Shown: positions 1 through 10,124 of the stretch, piece by piece
How positions within the stretch are numbered: the first letter of the stretch is position 1
Layout of the letters: each line of letters begins with the position of its first letter
Assembly: GCA_963815095.1 (NCBI GenBank)
Contig: CAWFFH010000004.1
Coordinates: forward strand, 192,001 to 256,000
Source of the DNA: Candidatus Bathyarchaeota archaeon
Lineage (GTDB): Archaea; Thermoproteota; Bathyarchaeia; Bathyarchaeales; Bathycorpusculaceae
Length of the DNA stretch: 64,000 bases
Direction: 5' to 3'
Made by a program: the position numbers and the translations under genes
Notes under the pieces: model-generated
Seen by the model: the letters and a program-made list of their open reading frames with translations, nothing else
What the model was told of the DNA's origin: nothing
Databases searched by the model: none

Positions 1-302
1 TCATGTCTAGTAGGCCTTTCATTAGTTTTGTTGAGACTTGTTTTTGTGAGCTTGCCTTAAACATTTTTTTCTCCCTGACTTGTATTTTTGTTGAACAGTT
101 TTTCTGTTGTACCTGTATACAATATGTCCTTATACGGACATATTACAATTACATAGATACCCCAAACCCCGATATAAACCCTCAGACATAACCCAAGCAT
201 ACCACAACATAACTCCGCAATACATCAATCTAAAAAATTAACATAAACCTAATTAATCCAAACATCAACCCATACACAAACGACACCCTGCAAGGAAACC
301 CT

Positions 303-620
303 ATGTCTGAAACCTACAAAGAAGAAATTGTACAACACATAATCAGAAACCTACTAGACATCCAACTCCTCCGCATTGTCCAAGCAGAGCCAACATGGGG
401 ATACAAAATAAAAAAACAAGTAGAAACTGATTTCAATATAAAACTAAGACACGGTGCACTCTACCCTACGCTGAACAGTCTTGAACAGAAGGGTTTTGTA
501 GAAAGCACAAAACAAAAAAAAGATGGTCGAGCTAGAAAAGTATACAAAATAACGGACAAAGGTAAAATCTACTTGCAAACATACTATAGCATTCTGCGGG
601 GACAACTAGAAAGCACTTAG
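303..620 (+). CDS. PadR-family transcriptional regulator
   Basis: WGYKIKK...GALYPTLNSLEQKGFV...RARKVYKITDKG, the PadR wHTH signature. Confidence 0.9.
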   Translation: MSETYKEEIVQHIIRNLLDIQLLRIVQAEPTWGYKIKKQVETDFNIKLRHGALYPTLNSLEQKGFVESTKQKKDGRARKVYKITDKGKIYLQTYYSILRGQLEST

Positions 621-727
621 CGCAACCCAATTCGATTCATATTTTTTCTGAGAATTTTTCTGTGATTATGAACCTGCATGAAAAAGCTTTTATCTTAAGT
701 ACTGTGACAGAACCTTGAGGAAAAAAG

Positions 728-1369
728 ATGACTTTAGAGTCAAGCAAAACTTTAGGCGGCATAGGCGCATTACTGATGTTCATAGGCGTTTTTCCATACA
801 TCAATTACTTCGGTGTCTTAGAGATAATAGGCGTTATACTCGTTCTGTTTGCTTTGCACGGTTTATCTGATTACTACAAAGAAAAAGGCATATTCAATCA
901 CGCACTTTACGGTGCCTTAACAGTATTAGTTGGCGGTATTTTAGCTGGAGCCCTAGTAGTTATAACTGTTCTTACATCCCTTACCGATCTGCTAAAACAA
1001 GTCTATCCAGGTTGGAACGGTAACTGGTCAACACTTCAAGGTATGACCCCCGACACAAGCAACCTTAACTTATCAACATTAGGTCCACTAATAGCCGGAA
1101 TAGTAGCTTTCTTGGTCCTGATTTGGTTTGTTGCCATAATCGCATCCCTCTTCATTTGGCGTTCACTAAAACAGGTCTCAAATAAATCAGGAACTGGCTT
1201 ATTTGGAACTACCGGACTGATACTGCTGATAGGAGCTATAATTCCTATTGTAGGGTTAATTCTGATGTGGGTAGCTGCACTATTACTAGCCATCGCTTTT
1301 TTCACACTAAAGCCTTCTGAACAATCCATAGCAACGACATATTCGTCTCCTCCACCGCCAACAATCTAA
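728..1369 (+). CDS. DUF996-like membrane protein
   Basis: N-terminal LESSKTLGGIGALL and several hydrophobic helices; GAGG RBS upstream. Confidence 0.75.
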   Translation: MTLESSKTLGGIGALLMFIGVFPYINYFGVLEIIGVILVLFALHGLSDYYKEKGIFNHALYGALTVLVGGILAGALVVITVLTSLTDLLKQVYPGWNGNWSTLQGMTPDTSNLNLSTLGPLIAGIVAFLVLIWFVAIIASLFIWRSLKQVSNKSGTGLFGTTGLILLIGAIIPIVGLILMWVAALLLAIAFFTLKPSEQSIATTYSSPPPPTI

Positions 1370-1446
1370 AAATCCAACAAAATTTTTCTATTTTTTCTTT
1401 TTTTTTAAACCACATTGAATAAATTTCAGAATTACCAATAACTGTT

Positions 1447-1944
1447 GTGAGCAAAATTTTTATGAAGTTAAAGTTACCTAAGGATCCTAGTAAATTTAGT
1501 TTTGGCGCCACATCGTCCACAGTAACTAGCCTAGGCATAATTTTTGGGCTGCTAACCTCAGGTAACCCTCAAGCCAGCGTTATTGGGTCTTTGCTGGTTA
1601 TAGCGGTTGCAGATAACATCGCTGATTCTTTGGGCATACATATCTACAGGGAATCAACAAGAACACAAAAAGAAAACACTCGAATGTTCACCATAAGCAA
1701 CTTCCTCACCCGATTTGGCATAACTTTGACTTTTGTAGTGTTGTTTGCATTTTTACCCATAGATTATGCTGCAGTTGCCTGCACGATAATAGGCATGAGT
1801 ATACTGGTCTTCTTAAGCTACCTCATCGGGGTCCAAACCAAAACCAGTACCCTAAGGGAAATCCTCATCCACATAGGCATCGCCATCCCCGTAATAATAA
1901 TCAGCCACTTCCTGGGACAACTAATATTCAGCATATTTGGGTGA
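1447..1944 (+). CDS. VIT1/CCC1-like membrane protein
   Basis: FSFGATS...IAVADNIADSLGIHI motif and about 5 TM helices. Confidence 0.6.
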   Translation: MSKIFMKLKLPKDPSKFSFGATSSTVTSLGIIFGLLTSGNPQASVIGSLLVIAVADNIADSLGIHIYRESTRTQKENTRMFTISNFLTRFGITLTFVVLFAFLPIDYAAVACTIIGMSILVFLSYLIGVQTKTSTLREILIHIGIAIPVIIISHFLGQLIFSIFG

Positions 1945-2083
1945 ATCTGATTGCAAGATTACTTTATTTGTGGGAGGCACGAAGCCAAATGATGTTGGGG
2001 CATCTTTAGGACCCGATTTGGAAGCTTGCAAGCGACAAAAGAGCCATTATTATAGTACTGCATGCATTAAGTTTGTTATCTCA

Positions 2084-2362
2084 ATGTCTGGTGCACCAAA
2101 AAGAATGGGTAAAATCCGAAAAAGTTCAGTTCAAATTCGTTTTGAGATCTTAGAGTACCTGTTCTTCAACTCAAAAAATCAGTTGCGAACAGGGGTTTGG
2201 CGGAAATCAACAAACCTCTCCTACGATGACTTCCTGAAGCATCTGCTTTTTCTTGAAGAGAGGAAACTAGTTAGAGAAACAAGTGAAGGTTATTGTTCCT
2301 TGACGGATGAGGGCAGAAAACTCTACCTTGAACTTAGTAAGTCGTTGCCGTCAATACTTTGA
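2084..2362 (+). CDS. winged-helix DNA-binding protein
   Basis: RKS..QI..EIL...NLSY..F...L..LEE..LV....Y.LTDEGR pattern; ATG at 2084 in frame with ORF 1937..2362. Confidence 0.7.
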   Translation: MSGAPKRMGKIRKSSVQIRFEILEYLFFNSKNQLRTGVWRKSTNLSYDDFLKHLLFLEERKLVRETSEGYCSLTDEGRKLYLELSKSLPSIL

Positions 2363-2426
2363 ATGAATTCACCTTTGGTGCATCACGTATAAAAAACATC
2401 AAATTTGTAGTAAAGGAGGAAACAAA

Positions 2427-2792
2427 ATGACCCGGGAATCTAACGAGGAAAAAATCTACCCAGTAAAATCCCTACATGACTTCCTATTCGAACTTGACAA
2501 AGAATGGACCAAATTTCGAAACGGCACCATAATAGGGTTGGCATCATCGGGTATACTGTTTCTGCTTGTTGTTTGGCTTCTGATTAGAATCAGGCATTTT
2601 GGATTGGGCTTGATTGATTTTGTTCTTTTATTTATTGCTGGTATCCTTTTGGGCTACAGTATATACGCAATGTACTCACAGTATCGTTTCTTCAGCAAGT
2701 GGGAAAGAAGAGTTGGCCTGCTTTTGCATATGGAAGAAGAAATCTTCGCCCAAAAACTAGATGAAACTAAATCCGACGAAAAGTCTGCTTAG
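2427..2792 (+). CDS. hypothetical 2-TM membrane protein
   Basis: ORF with AGGAGG RBS and two hydrophobic segments. Confidence 0.7.
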   Translation: MTRESNEEKIYPVKSLHDFLFELDKEWTKFRNGTIIGLASSGILFLLVVWLLIRIRHFGLGLIDFVLLFIAGILLGYSIYAMYSQYRFFSKWERRVGLLLHMEEEIFAQKLDETKSDEKSA

Positions 2793-2885
2793 TATTCATT
2801 TGTGGTGCATATCCCACGTGCGTCTTTTTTTTAAAGACGACAACTAAGTCGTCTATATCCAACGAGGGTTGGAGGTGAAAAAAAT

Positions 2886-3389
2886 ATGGTTACTCTAACT
2901 AAGAGAAACAAAATCGCTATTGCGGCAATATTTAGCGTTGCCATCGTTTTGGTGATTGTTGTGCCTCTTGCAAGCGCCCAGATTGTTGCGGACAACGCTG
3001 CCTCAAACATAAGAACCTTTAACGCCAAAGGCAACATTTACCAAACAGTCGACAGCAGCACAATAAAATATTACCAAGCAAACTTAACTCTCACGGTTCA
3101 GCCGACAACAATCAACGGAACAGTTAGGCTTTTTGACGTTACAAGCGGAACATTAGTAGCAAACGGCGTTACATACACCTTCACAAGCGGAAACGGAGGA
3201 GTATTAACACGCAGACACGATATCCTGCTGCAAGCACAAGGCATATACCAAAACGGGCAATCAGTGACACTTAAACTTGCAGGACAATACAGCTACTCTT
3301 GGACTGCTGGACACGTGATTTTAAAAATCGCTGCCAAACTGCAAACGGACAGCGGCAACTACACACTGCTGATGGCTACTGGAATATAG
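2886..3389 (+). CDS. secreted beta-rich hypothetical protein
   Basis: Signal-peptide-like N-terminus (KRNK + hydrophobic + ASA); GGAGGTGA RBS. Confidence 0.7.
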   Translation: MVTLTKRNKIAIAAIFSVAIVLVIVVPLASAQIVADNAASNIRTFNAKGNIYQTVDSSTIKYYQANLTLTVQPTTINGTVRLFDVTSGTLVANGVTYTFTSGNGGVLTRRHDILLQAQGIYQNGQSVTLKLAGQYSYSWTAGHVILKIAAKLQTDSGNYTLLMATGI

Positions 3390-3777
3390 GCACAATCATT
3401 TAACAAAAGCGAATTTTTCTCGAGTTTCTTTTCAAAATTTTCGTCATTTTTAAGTTGTTAATTGAGGTTTTTGCCAAAGCGTTCTGCTTCATATAGAAGT
3501 CGCCTTGATAATGTAAATGAGTGGCGATGCTGAATTTTCAGCGGAATATGTCACTTTCCCTGCCTTAGTGCAAAATAATTTTTAGTTGAGTCGGCGGCAA
3601 CCTTTGTAGTTGTTCGCTTCCAACATTTCTCTCTAATTTTCGGCTAGTTCCCACTTACTTGTAGTGTCACCTTTTAATGAGAATTTTTATTAGTTCTGTA
3701 AAATAACTCAGCTATCGTCTCACTTAAAAAAAAGATGTAGATTGAACTTTATTTGGTCAATTCAACAGATTTATCTC

Positions 3778-4911
3778 TCAACGTTTCTCTATTGGAACAA
3801 ACTGTTTTCCAAATTCTCCAACATAATCTGCAGATGGACGCAGAAGAACAGCATCTTCATATTGCTCTAGCACATGAGCCACCCATCCAGAAATTCTGCT
3901 TGAAGCAAAGAATAACGGGAAAAACTCTTTTGAAACACCTAATGCATCCATAGCTACAGCAGCATAGAAGTCAACGTTTGGATAAATTTTCTTCTTCTCA
4001 AAAACCATATTTTCAATCTTCATACACCTGTTATAAAGAGCCAGAGAACGCTCGCGATGACAATAGTCTTCGACTATGCCTCTGAGATGCTTAGTGCGAG
4101 GGTCTTGTGTTTTGTACATTCGGTGACCAAAACCCATAATCTTCTTCTTTTCATCTAACAAACCTTGAATGTATTCATTCACATCTTTTTCAGGGTGTAT
4201 TTCTTCCAACATATCCATTACTTTTTCGCTAGCGCCACCATGTAGCGGTCCTTTGAGTGTCCCAATTGCTGAAGTTACAGCTGAATACACGTCTGAATTG
4301 GTGCTTGCTGTTACGCGTGCAGCGAAGGTGGATGCATTAAACCCGTGGTCAGCATGAAGCGTCATATAACGATTGATAACGTTAGTCTCTTTCTCATCGG
4401 GAATATCCCCCTTAAACATATACAAGAAGTTTTGAGCAAATCCGAATTCCTTTTTTGGTGTTAGAAGTGGTTTGTTCAGTCTGATTCTATTGATGGTAGC
4501 TACAATCGAAGGTACTTGTGCAATTAATCGTGTTGCTCTTCTAAAGTTTGCTGCGTCAGAGAAATCTCCGTTGTCAGGGTCGTATTCTCCGAGGTGTGAG
4601 ACTTCGGTTCGCAGGATATGCATTGGATGGCATCTTTTTGGAGCATTCTTTATGCTCTCAATAATTGGGTCAGGTAGGTTCATTTCGATGACAAGTTGAT
4701 TTGAAAAGTCATCCAACTCTTGTTTGTTGGGAAGTCTCTTATGAATCAATAGATACGCAATTTCTGAATAAATTACTCTCCCTATAAGATCATCGATGTT
4801 ATACCCTAAGTAGTAAAGCGAACCATTGGGGTCTACATAGCTGATCTTTGTTTCAGCTGCAGCTACATCTCTTAATCCACGAACCACTGATTTTTCGGTA
4901 TTTTCGCTCAT
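3778..4911 (-). CDS. gltA: citrate / 2-methylcitrate synthase
   Basis: HADHGFNASTF, GPLHGGA, MGFGHR and YPNVDFY motifs. Confidence 0.9.
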   Translation of the reverse strand: MSENTEKSVVRGLRDVAAAETKISYVDPNGSLYYLGYNIDDLIGRVIYSEIAYLLIHKRLPNKQELDDFSNQLVIEMNLPDPIIESIKNAPKRCHPMHILRTEVSHLGEYDPDNGDFSDAANFRRATRLIAQVPSIVATINRIRLNKPLLTPKKEFGFAQNFLYMFKGDIPDEKETNVINRYMTLHADHGFNASTFAARVTASTNSDVYSAVTSAIGTLKGPLHGGASEKVMDMLEEIHPEKDVNEYIQGLLDEKKKIMGFGHRMYKTQDPRTKHLRGIVEDYCHRERSLALYNRCMKIENMVFEKKKIYPNVDFYAAVAMDALGVSKEFFPLFFASSRISGWVAHVLEQYEDAVLLRPSADYVGEFGKQFVPIEKR

Positions 4912-5107
4912 CGGCAGTCACTTACCCTATCATCAATTCAACTATATTTAAAGCCCACGCAAAAACAAATTCAATCATTATTGTTTGTCTGGTTTCAATC
5001 AAGGTTCCTTTACTAAGGATTATTTATACAAAAACAATGCCCTTATGTGTGAAGTGATTGTGTCCCAAAGAGTGACCTTTTGTTAAATCTTCTTTTTCTT
5101 AGCAGCA

Positions 5108-5644
5108 TTAGCTTTGTTGATAGTGTAGAGACAAATCTAAATAAGTTACTGCATCTGCCACTGAACAATCTATATTTTTCAAACCCATATCAAATGGCAC
5201 CGTGGAATTGGTTATTGATGGAATAATACCCAAATGTATTGTTGATGTTTGCAGTAAAGTCTCGTTACTGCCGTAGAATCTAACTGTAAGTTCCACATTA
5301 TTAGCAGGGAGATTTCCAATATTGTATATTGTTCCATAGATAGTGAAGGTATTTCTTGATGATGAAACGGGGTCATTGCTTTTGTGTAGATACCAACCCA
5401 TGCTAGTTATGACGTATGGTTGAGAAAGATTTGTCAATTGAGAATTTTCTGCGTTCAATTGTTTATTTTGCTCTGTGAGGCTATCTACTTTTTGCTGTAG
5501 GTCTTTTTCCTTGGTTACGTGTGTATCAATTACGGAGTTATATGAATTTGTAAGGTTTGAGAATGTAATTAGCGGAGCCAAGACCGCTGTAAATACCAAG
5601 ATTAAAACTACACTTGTGACGAAACGTCTGTTAAAGCTTGTCAT
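5108..5644 (-). CDS. membrane-anchored protein with coiled coil and FxLYD-like beta domain
   Basis: N-terminal TM helix, heptad coil, then IYGTIYNIG..ANNVELTVRFYG. Confidence 0.6.
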   Translation of the reverse strand: MTSFNRRFVTSVVLILVFTAVLAPLITFSNLTNSYNSVIDTHVTKEKDLQQKVDSLTEQNKQLNAENSQLTNLSQPYVITSMGWYLHKSNDPVSSSRNTFTIYGTIYNIGNLPANNVELTVRFYGSNETLLQTSTIHLGIIPSITNSTVPFDMGLKNIDCSVADAVTYLDLSLHYQQS

Positions 5645-5885
5645 GAGTGTTGTTTTGATTAATTTCTTTTTTAAGTCTTTTTGTATAGATTTCTTGACTA
5701 AGGTTAGTTCACATTTCTTTACTTGATTCGCTTATCGTTTAAAAAAGAGTTCTTAGTGCGAGGAGAGAGATCTGGGGAACTTACTATCAAATCGTGCTAA
5801 GTAGGGGTTCTTGGGTTTGTTTCTTCATTTTCTTTTCCTCCTTTAACCCCAAGGCTTTATAGTCGGGGACGGTGCATTTTCCATC

Positions 5886-5949
5886 GGGGGATGATGTCGC
5901 CGTCCCAGTCTGATTGGGAAAGATGACGAACAAAATATTGACAGACCCC
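5886..5949 (+). ncRNA. C/D-box 2'-O-methylation guide sRNA (predicted target 23S rRNA G2251, E. coli numbering)
   Basis: GGGG/CCCC terminal stem; C box ATGATGT 5891-5897; D' CTGA 5910-5913; C' ATGACGA 5923-5929; D CAGA 5942-5945; TTTATA at 5856-5861 upstream; guide complementary to ACUGGGGCGG. Confidence 0.6.
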
Positions 5950-6059
5950 ATTAGTCATGTTGCCGCTTTCTTCTGCAGCTGGTGTTCCGCTAAAAGAACA
6001 AGGTGTTCTTTAGGGAGAGTAATATTTTAGTGTTGCCACTTCTTTCTCAGGTGACTGAA

Positions 6060-7886
6060 ATGAACTTTAAAGTCAAATTGGTTCCGGCTTGGAATAATAG
6101 GGAAATTGTCAGTGTTTTCGTGTTAATTGTGATTTTATTGTCGGCAGTTTGGATGTTTAGTTTACCGATCAGTCACGCATTCCAAACGCTGACGGTTCCG
6201 CAGGATTACCCCACAATTGCTCAAGCAATCAGCCACGCCTCTTCGGGCGACACTATAGAGGTGAAACAAGGGGTTTACCATGAAAACATACAAATCACCA
6301 AATCCATCGCCCTCATCGGTGAGGGCAAAGAAAACACCCTGATAATCGGCGAAGGAGGTCCAAATCAACCCGCCGTTCTCACCTTGGCAGCCTCGGATAT
6401 CAAAGTTTCAGGATTCACTATCCAAAGCGCCAACAGTTCAAAACCCGCGCAAAACGCGTTTGGTATAAACATCCAAGGTGACAATTGCACAATCAGCGGC
6501 AACCTCATTAAGAATAACTATATCGGAATTTTCTGCTCCCTGCAATCACACACAACCATAATCAACAACATCATCTCACTAAGCGTAAAAGATGGCATTC
6601 GCTTCTTTGCTGGTTCATCAAATACCGTTTCAAACAACAGTATCGTCTCAAACTCAGTTTCAGGTATTGCTCTGGGAGGTTACTCAAACACGGTTAAAGG
6701 AAATACCGTTCAAAACAACTTCCGCGGCTTAGGTTTAGGCGCATCCAATTCAGTGGTTTTTGATAATACAATAATTTCTAATACTGAATCAGGCATTTTC
6801 TTATCAGGCTCCAAAAACGTCATCGCAGCCAATGAGATTGACAAAAACAAGTACGGGGTCTACATTACAACTCAGGGTGCTGCCCCACGTGAAAATGAAA
6901 TTTACCATAACAATTTTGTAGACAACCTGTATAGTGCCTTCGGCAACTCTTCTTATCTTGTTGAGTCCTGGGATAATGGCTCTAATTCTGGCGGAAACTA
7001 CTGGAGCGATTACCAATCTTCACATTACGTGATTAACTCCAATAACACCGACAACTATCCACTCACCGTGCCCTATAATATCTCAAACCCCGGCAACATA
7101 CCTTCTGCGATTCCATCATCACCAGTAACATCAAACGGCATTGTTGCTTCCTGGACATTTGACGACATTGCATCGGACGGCGTCATACCTGATTCAACCG
7201 GTAACAACCCCGCCATCTTAGCTTCAACGGTAGGAAACATCTCATTCATTCCAGCACATGTACAAGGTAAGTTTGGCCAAGCCCTAAGCTTTGATGGTGC
7301 AGCCTACGCATTTGTCCCCCCCTCTCCTAGCCTGCAAACCCCTCAAGAGGTAACAATAGATGCATGGGTTAATGTGCAACAAATCAAAGACGTAGCTTAC
7401 AACAACATCATAGTTGAATGCGTAAGAACTACATTGCCACTGCCAACTAGAACTCTTGGAGTTGCAGTTAACGGAGAAACGCCACAAAACGCAAGCTCGC
7501 CTCCAGTAGCGGCTATTCGCGGTTACGTTATGACTCAAGATGGGATCCTAAACGAAATAGACACCAAAGAGCCAGTTCCACTAAACCAATGGCTTCATGT
7601 GGTTTTTACCCGCAGCTTAATCACGGGTATGCATATTTACGTAAATGGTCAGGAACAAGCTGTTATAGTGTCCTCCGGAGTAGCTAATCCAGTTGGTTAT
7701 ATTGCGGCTCAAAACGAACTCTACATTGGCCATGACTCAATGACTCAGATAGATCAACTGCAAATAACTAACAAAGTTGAGACACTGACTCAGTCTTTGT
7801 GGATGCAATGGTGGCTTTGGGCTGGAATCATATTTGCTGCGGTGGCAGGAAGTGGAACAATACTATACTTCAAGAAACGCAGTTAA
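6060..7886 (+). CDS. surface protein: NosD/pectin-lyase-like beta-helix + LamG-like domain + C-terminal TM anchor
   Basis: VPQDYPTIAQAI..A..GDTI, N-x-I parallel beta-helix repeats, WDNG..GGNYWSDY, GKFGQALSFDG, W.HVVFT...IYVNG; start may be 6003 or 6060. Confidence 0.85.
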   Translation: MNFKVKLVPAWNNREIVSVFVLIVILLSAVWMFSLPISHAFQTLTVPQDYPTIAQAISHASSGDTIEVKQGVYHENIQITKSIALIGEGKENTLIIGEGGPNQPAVLTLAASDIKVSGFTIQSANSSKPAQNAFGINIQGDNCTISGNLIKNNYIGIFCSLQSHTTIINNIISLSVKDGIRFFAGSSNTVSNNSIVSNSVSGIALGGYSNTVKGNTVQNNFRGLGLGASNSVVFDNTIISNTESGIFLSGSKNVIAANEIDKNKYGVYITTQGAAPRENEIYHNNFVDNLYSAFGNSSYLVESWDNGSNSGGNYWSDYQSSHYVINSNNTDNYPLTVPYNISNPGNIPSAIPSSPVTSNGIVASWTFDDIASDGVIPDSTGNNPAILASTVGNISFIPAHVQGKFGQALSFDGAAYAFVPPSPSLQTPQEVTIDAWVNVQQIKDVAYNNIIVECVRTTLPLPTRTLGVAVNGETPQNASSPPVAAIRGYVMTQDGILNEIDTKEPVPLNQWLHVVFTRSLITGMHIYVNGQEQAVIVSSGVANPVGYIAAQNELYIGHDSMTQIDQLQITNKVETLTQSLWMQWWLWAGIIFAAVAGSGTILYFKKRS

Positions 7887-8023
7887 TAATACCCAGAAAA
7901 TCAACGCTAACCTAATTTAAACCCGATCTTATTGCGAGCTTCTCTTCTTTTTTTATTAATGCATAAAATTTTTTTAGTTATAACCGTAAAAAATGGATTA
8001 ATGATAACACGTAGATTAGAAGG

Positions 8024-8155
8024 CTATTTTTTGCCTTTGCTTGCGTGTTTGGCTGGAAGTGAAACTTGTTTTCTTTCTTTGCGTTTCTGCTCTTTTTCAC
8101 GTACCATTAGCTTATGCTTTTCTAATCCTTCAGCTTTCTTTGCTTTTTTAGACAA
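8024..8155 (-). CDS. 43-aa lysine-rich microprotein
   Basis: Manual translation MSKKAKKAEGLEKHKLMVREKEQKRKERKQVSLPAKHASKGKK; TTG start with GGTTGA upstream. Confidence 0.45.
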   Translation of the reverse strand: MSKKAKKAEGLEKHKLMVREKEQKRKERKQVSLPAKHASKGKK

Positions 8156-8259
8156 AATCTTCAACCTTAGCACGCAATAGAAAACGGCGGCACTCAAAAA
8201 CTTTGCCCCATATCTTGACGCTTGTCGTAATATTTAATAGCAAAACGGTTCAAACTAGA

Positions 8260-8436
8260 ATGGGGAAATAGAAAACGCCTAACGTTGAAATTATTTGTCC
8301 AAAATGTGGATCACCAGCTGTTGAGCGAAACAAAAACCAGGAGTGTCGTTGCTCCAAGTGTGGGGAGGTTTTTTATTTTGTTACTCCAAAGTGTGGTTCT
8401 CAGGCTGAAGATGATTTGGGTAGGTACGACCTTTAA
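8260..8436 (+). CDS. small zinc-ribbon protein with in-frame TAG at codon 4
   Basis: MGK*KTPNVEIICPKCGS...CSKCGEVFYF; TATA-like TTTAAT about 25 nt upstream of the ATG. Confidence 0.5.
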
Positions 8437-8550
8437 ACTACTCGTTTTTCTGAAGTAGTTTGTATTTATCTTAATTTTTAACCGTCAAGTTTAAATGAAT
8501 AAGTATTCATATGAATTATTATTCATTCAATTAAGGTGTGGATGGAAACA

Positions 8551-8871
8551 ATGAAAAAAGGACTAACAAAAATCTGCTACCACTTCTTCACTAACCTATC
8601 AAACCCCACAAGACTCGCCACCATCGAACAACTAATGGACAAACCCATGAGCGTAAACGAACTCGCAACTGCACTCGGACAAGAACAAAGCATGATATCC
8701 CACAACCTAAAACCACTCCTCGAATGCAACCTTATCACAATCGAAAAACAAGGCAAAAAACACATCTACACTGCCAACCAAGAAACCCTCCAACCCATCT
8801 TTGAAGCCATCCAAAACCACGCACAAAAATTCTGCCCAACAGGCGGACAATGCCTAAAAGGAGAAAACTAA
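8551..8871 (+). CDS. ArsR/SmtB-family regulator
   Basis: FFTNLSNPTRL..I...MSVNELA..LG..QSMISHNL; flanking Cys/His residues. Confidence 0.9.
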   Translation: MKKGLTKICYHFFTNLSNPTRLATIEQLMDKPMSVNELATALGQEQSMISHNLKPLLECNLITIEKQGKKHIYTANQETLQPIFEAIQNHAQKFCPTGGQCLKGEN

Positions 8872-8872
8872 C

Positions 8873-9520
8873 ATGAAAAGAAAAATCGTAAACATAAACG
8901 AAAACCTATGCAATGGATGCGGAAGTTGCATCCCCAAATGTGCAGAAGGCGCTCTACAAATAGTAAACGGGAAAGCAAAAATTATCAAGGAAACCTACTG
9001 CGACGGACTCGGCGCCTGCTTAGGACAATGCCCTCAAGGAGCAATAACTATTACGGAACGAGATGCCCCAGCCTTTAGTGAGGCAGAAGTTCACGAACAC
9101 CTCAAAACCAAGGAACCCCAAATTCCGGCAACAACCCACCCAACTAGTACTGCAATACAGAAGCCCCAGTGGCCAATAAAACTGGATCTAGTCCCGCCCA
9201 AAGCACCGTTCTTCGAAAACGCCGACCTCCTCTTCGCCGCAGACTGTGCCCCTGTTGCTTTAAAAAACTTCCACAGCCTTATAGCTGGAAAACGCGTTAT
9301 CATTGGCTGCCCTAAATTCAACGATGCACGAGCATACGCCCAAAAACTAACAGAAATTTTCCAGCAAAACAACATCGCTTCGGTGACCGTGGTCCACATG
9401 GAAGTGCCCTGCTGCACGGGCTTAAAGTGGGCAGTAAACAAGGCACTAGAAGGCTCAGGAAAAAACATTCCCACTAAAGAGTTAGAGGTTAAAATTGGAG
9501 GTGAAATAGTTGAGCTCTAA
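8873..9520 (+). CDS. 2x[4Fe-4S] ferredoxin-domain protein
   Basis: CNGCGSCIPKC and CDGLGACLGQCP; C-terminal QWP..L.LV, AADC, GCPK, MEVPCC. Confidence 0.85.
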   Translation: MKRKIVNINENLCNGCGSCIPKCAEGALQIVNGKAKIIKETYCDGLGACLGQCPQGAITITERDAPAFSEAEVHEHLKTKEPQIPATTHPTSTAIQKPQWPIKLDLVPPKAPFFENADLLFAADCAPVALKNFHSLIAGKRVIIGCPKFNDARAYAQKLTEIFQQNNIASVTVVHMEVPCCTGLKWAVNKALEGSGKNIPTKELEVKIGGEIVEL

Positions 9521-9764
9521 AGACAAACCCATACAAAAAAACCCAGACACCTGCCCTGGACTCCGCGACCTCTTGCAGCCAAAACCAGCTTACATCAAAT
9601 GCCATGTATGTGGAGGCGACCTTGAAATCTGGACCGACGAAGACAAAACCACATGCCCCAGTTGCGGAGCTGAATGGAAACGCCCCGCCAGTAACGCTGC
9701 CTGCCTCGAATACTGCCAATACGCCGACAAATGCAGAGGCATCATTGAATCACGAAAAAAGTGA
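9510..9764 (+). CDS. small Cys-rich metal-binding protein
   Basis: CPG...CHVC...CPSC...CLEYCQYADKC; overlaps the upstream gene; GGAGGTGA RBS. Confidence 0.75.
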   Translation: MSSKDKPIQKNPDTCPGLRDLLQPKPAYIKCHVCGGDLEIWTDEDKTTCPSCGAEWKRPASNAACLEYCQYADKCRGIIESRKK

Positions 9765-10124
9765 TAAAAACTGAGCTATCTTATTTTCTCTTAACATTTT
9801 TGGAAAGCTACAAACCCAAATTTATTTGATGTAAAAGGTTTCTCCAACAACATAAGTTGGTCCTTTTTCCAAAGTAACAGTATCCAGCGCTTTAGTAGGA
9901 TTATTGTTTTAAATGAGAAACCGCTATGCCCGAAAAACTTTCTCAAACAATTGGAATACTCATTCTTATAAAATTTTGAGCCTATGGTAAGCTGGACTGG
10001 GCTTATTCCAAATAGATCTGGTCTTAATATCTTGTTATTTTTTGGTGTTTTGTTGACTCAATTGTTACTCAAACAAAAGTTTACTTATTTTGGAAAAATC
10101 CCAATAGATCACGTGACATTAATT

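Noticed and set aside
3420-3700. Possible small minus-strand gene
   Set aside because: Stops in all frames; at most a decayed fragment, and no product can be supported
5886-5945. Fluoride riboswitch (GGxGATG...GATGAC resemblance)
   Set aside because: P1 has a mismatch, the pseudoknot partner is absent and the downstream gene is unrelated to fluoride; the C/D-box reading fits better
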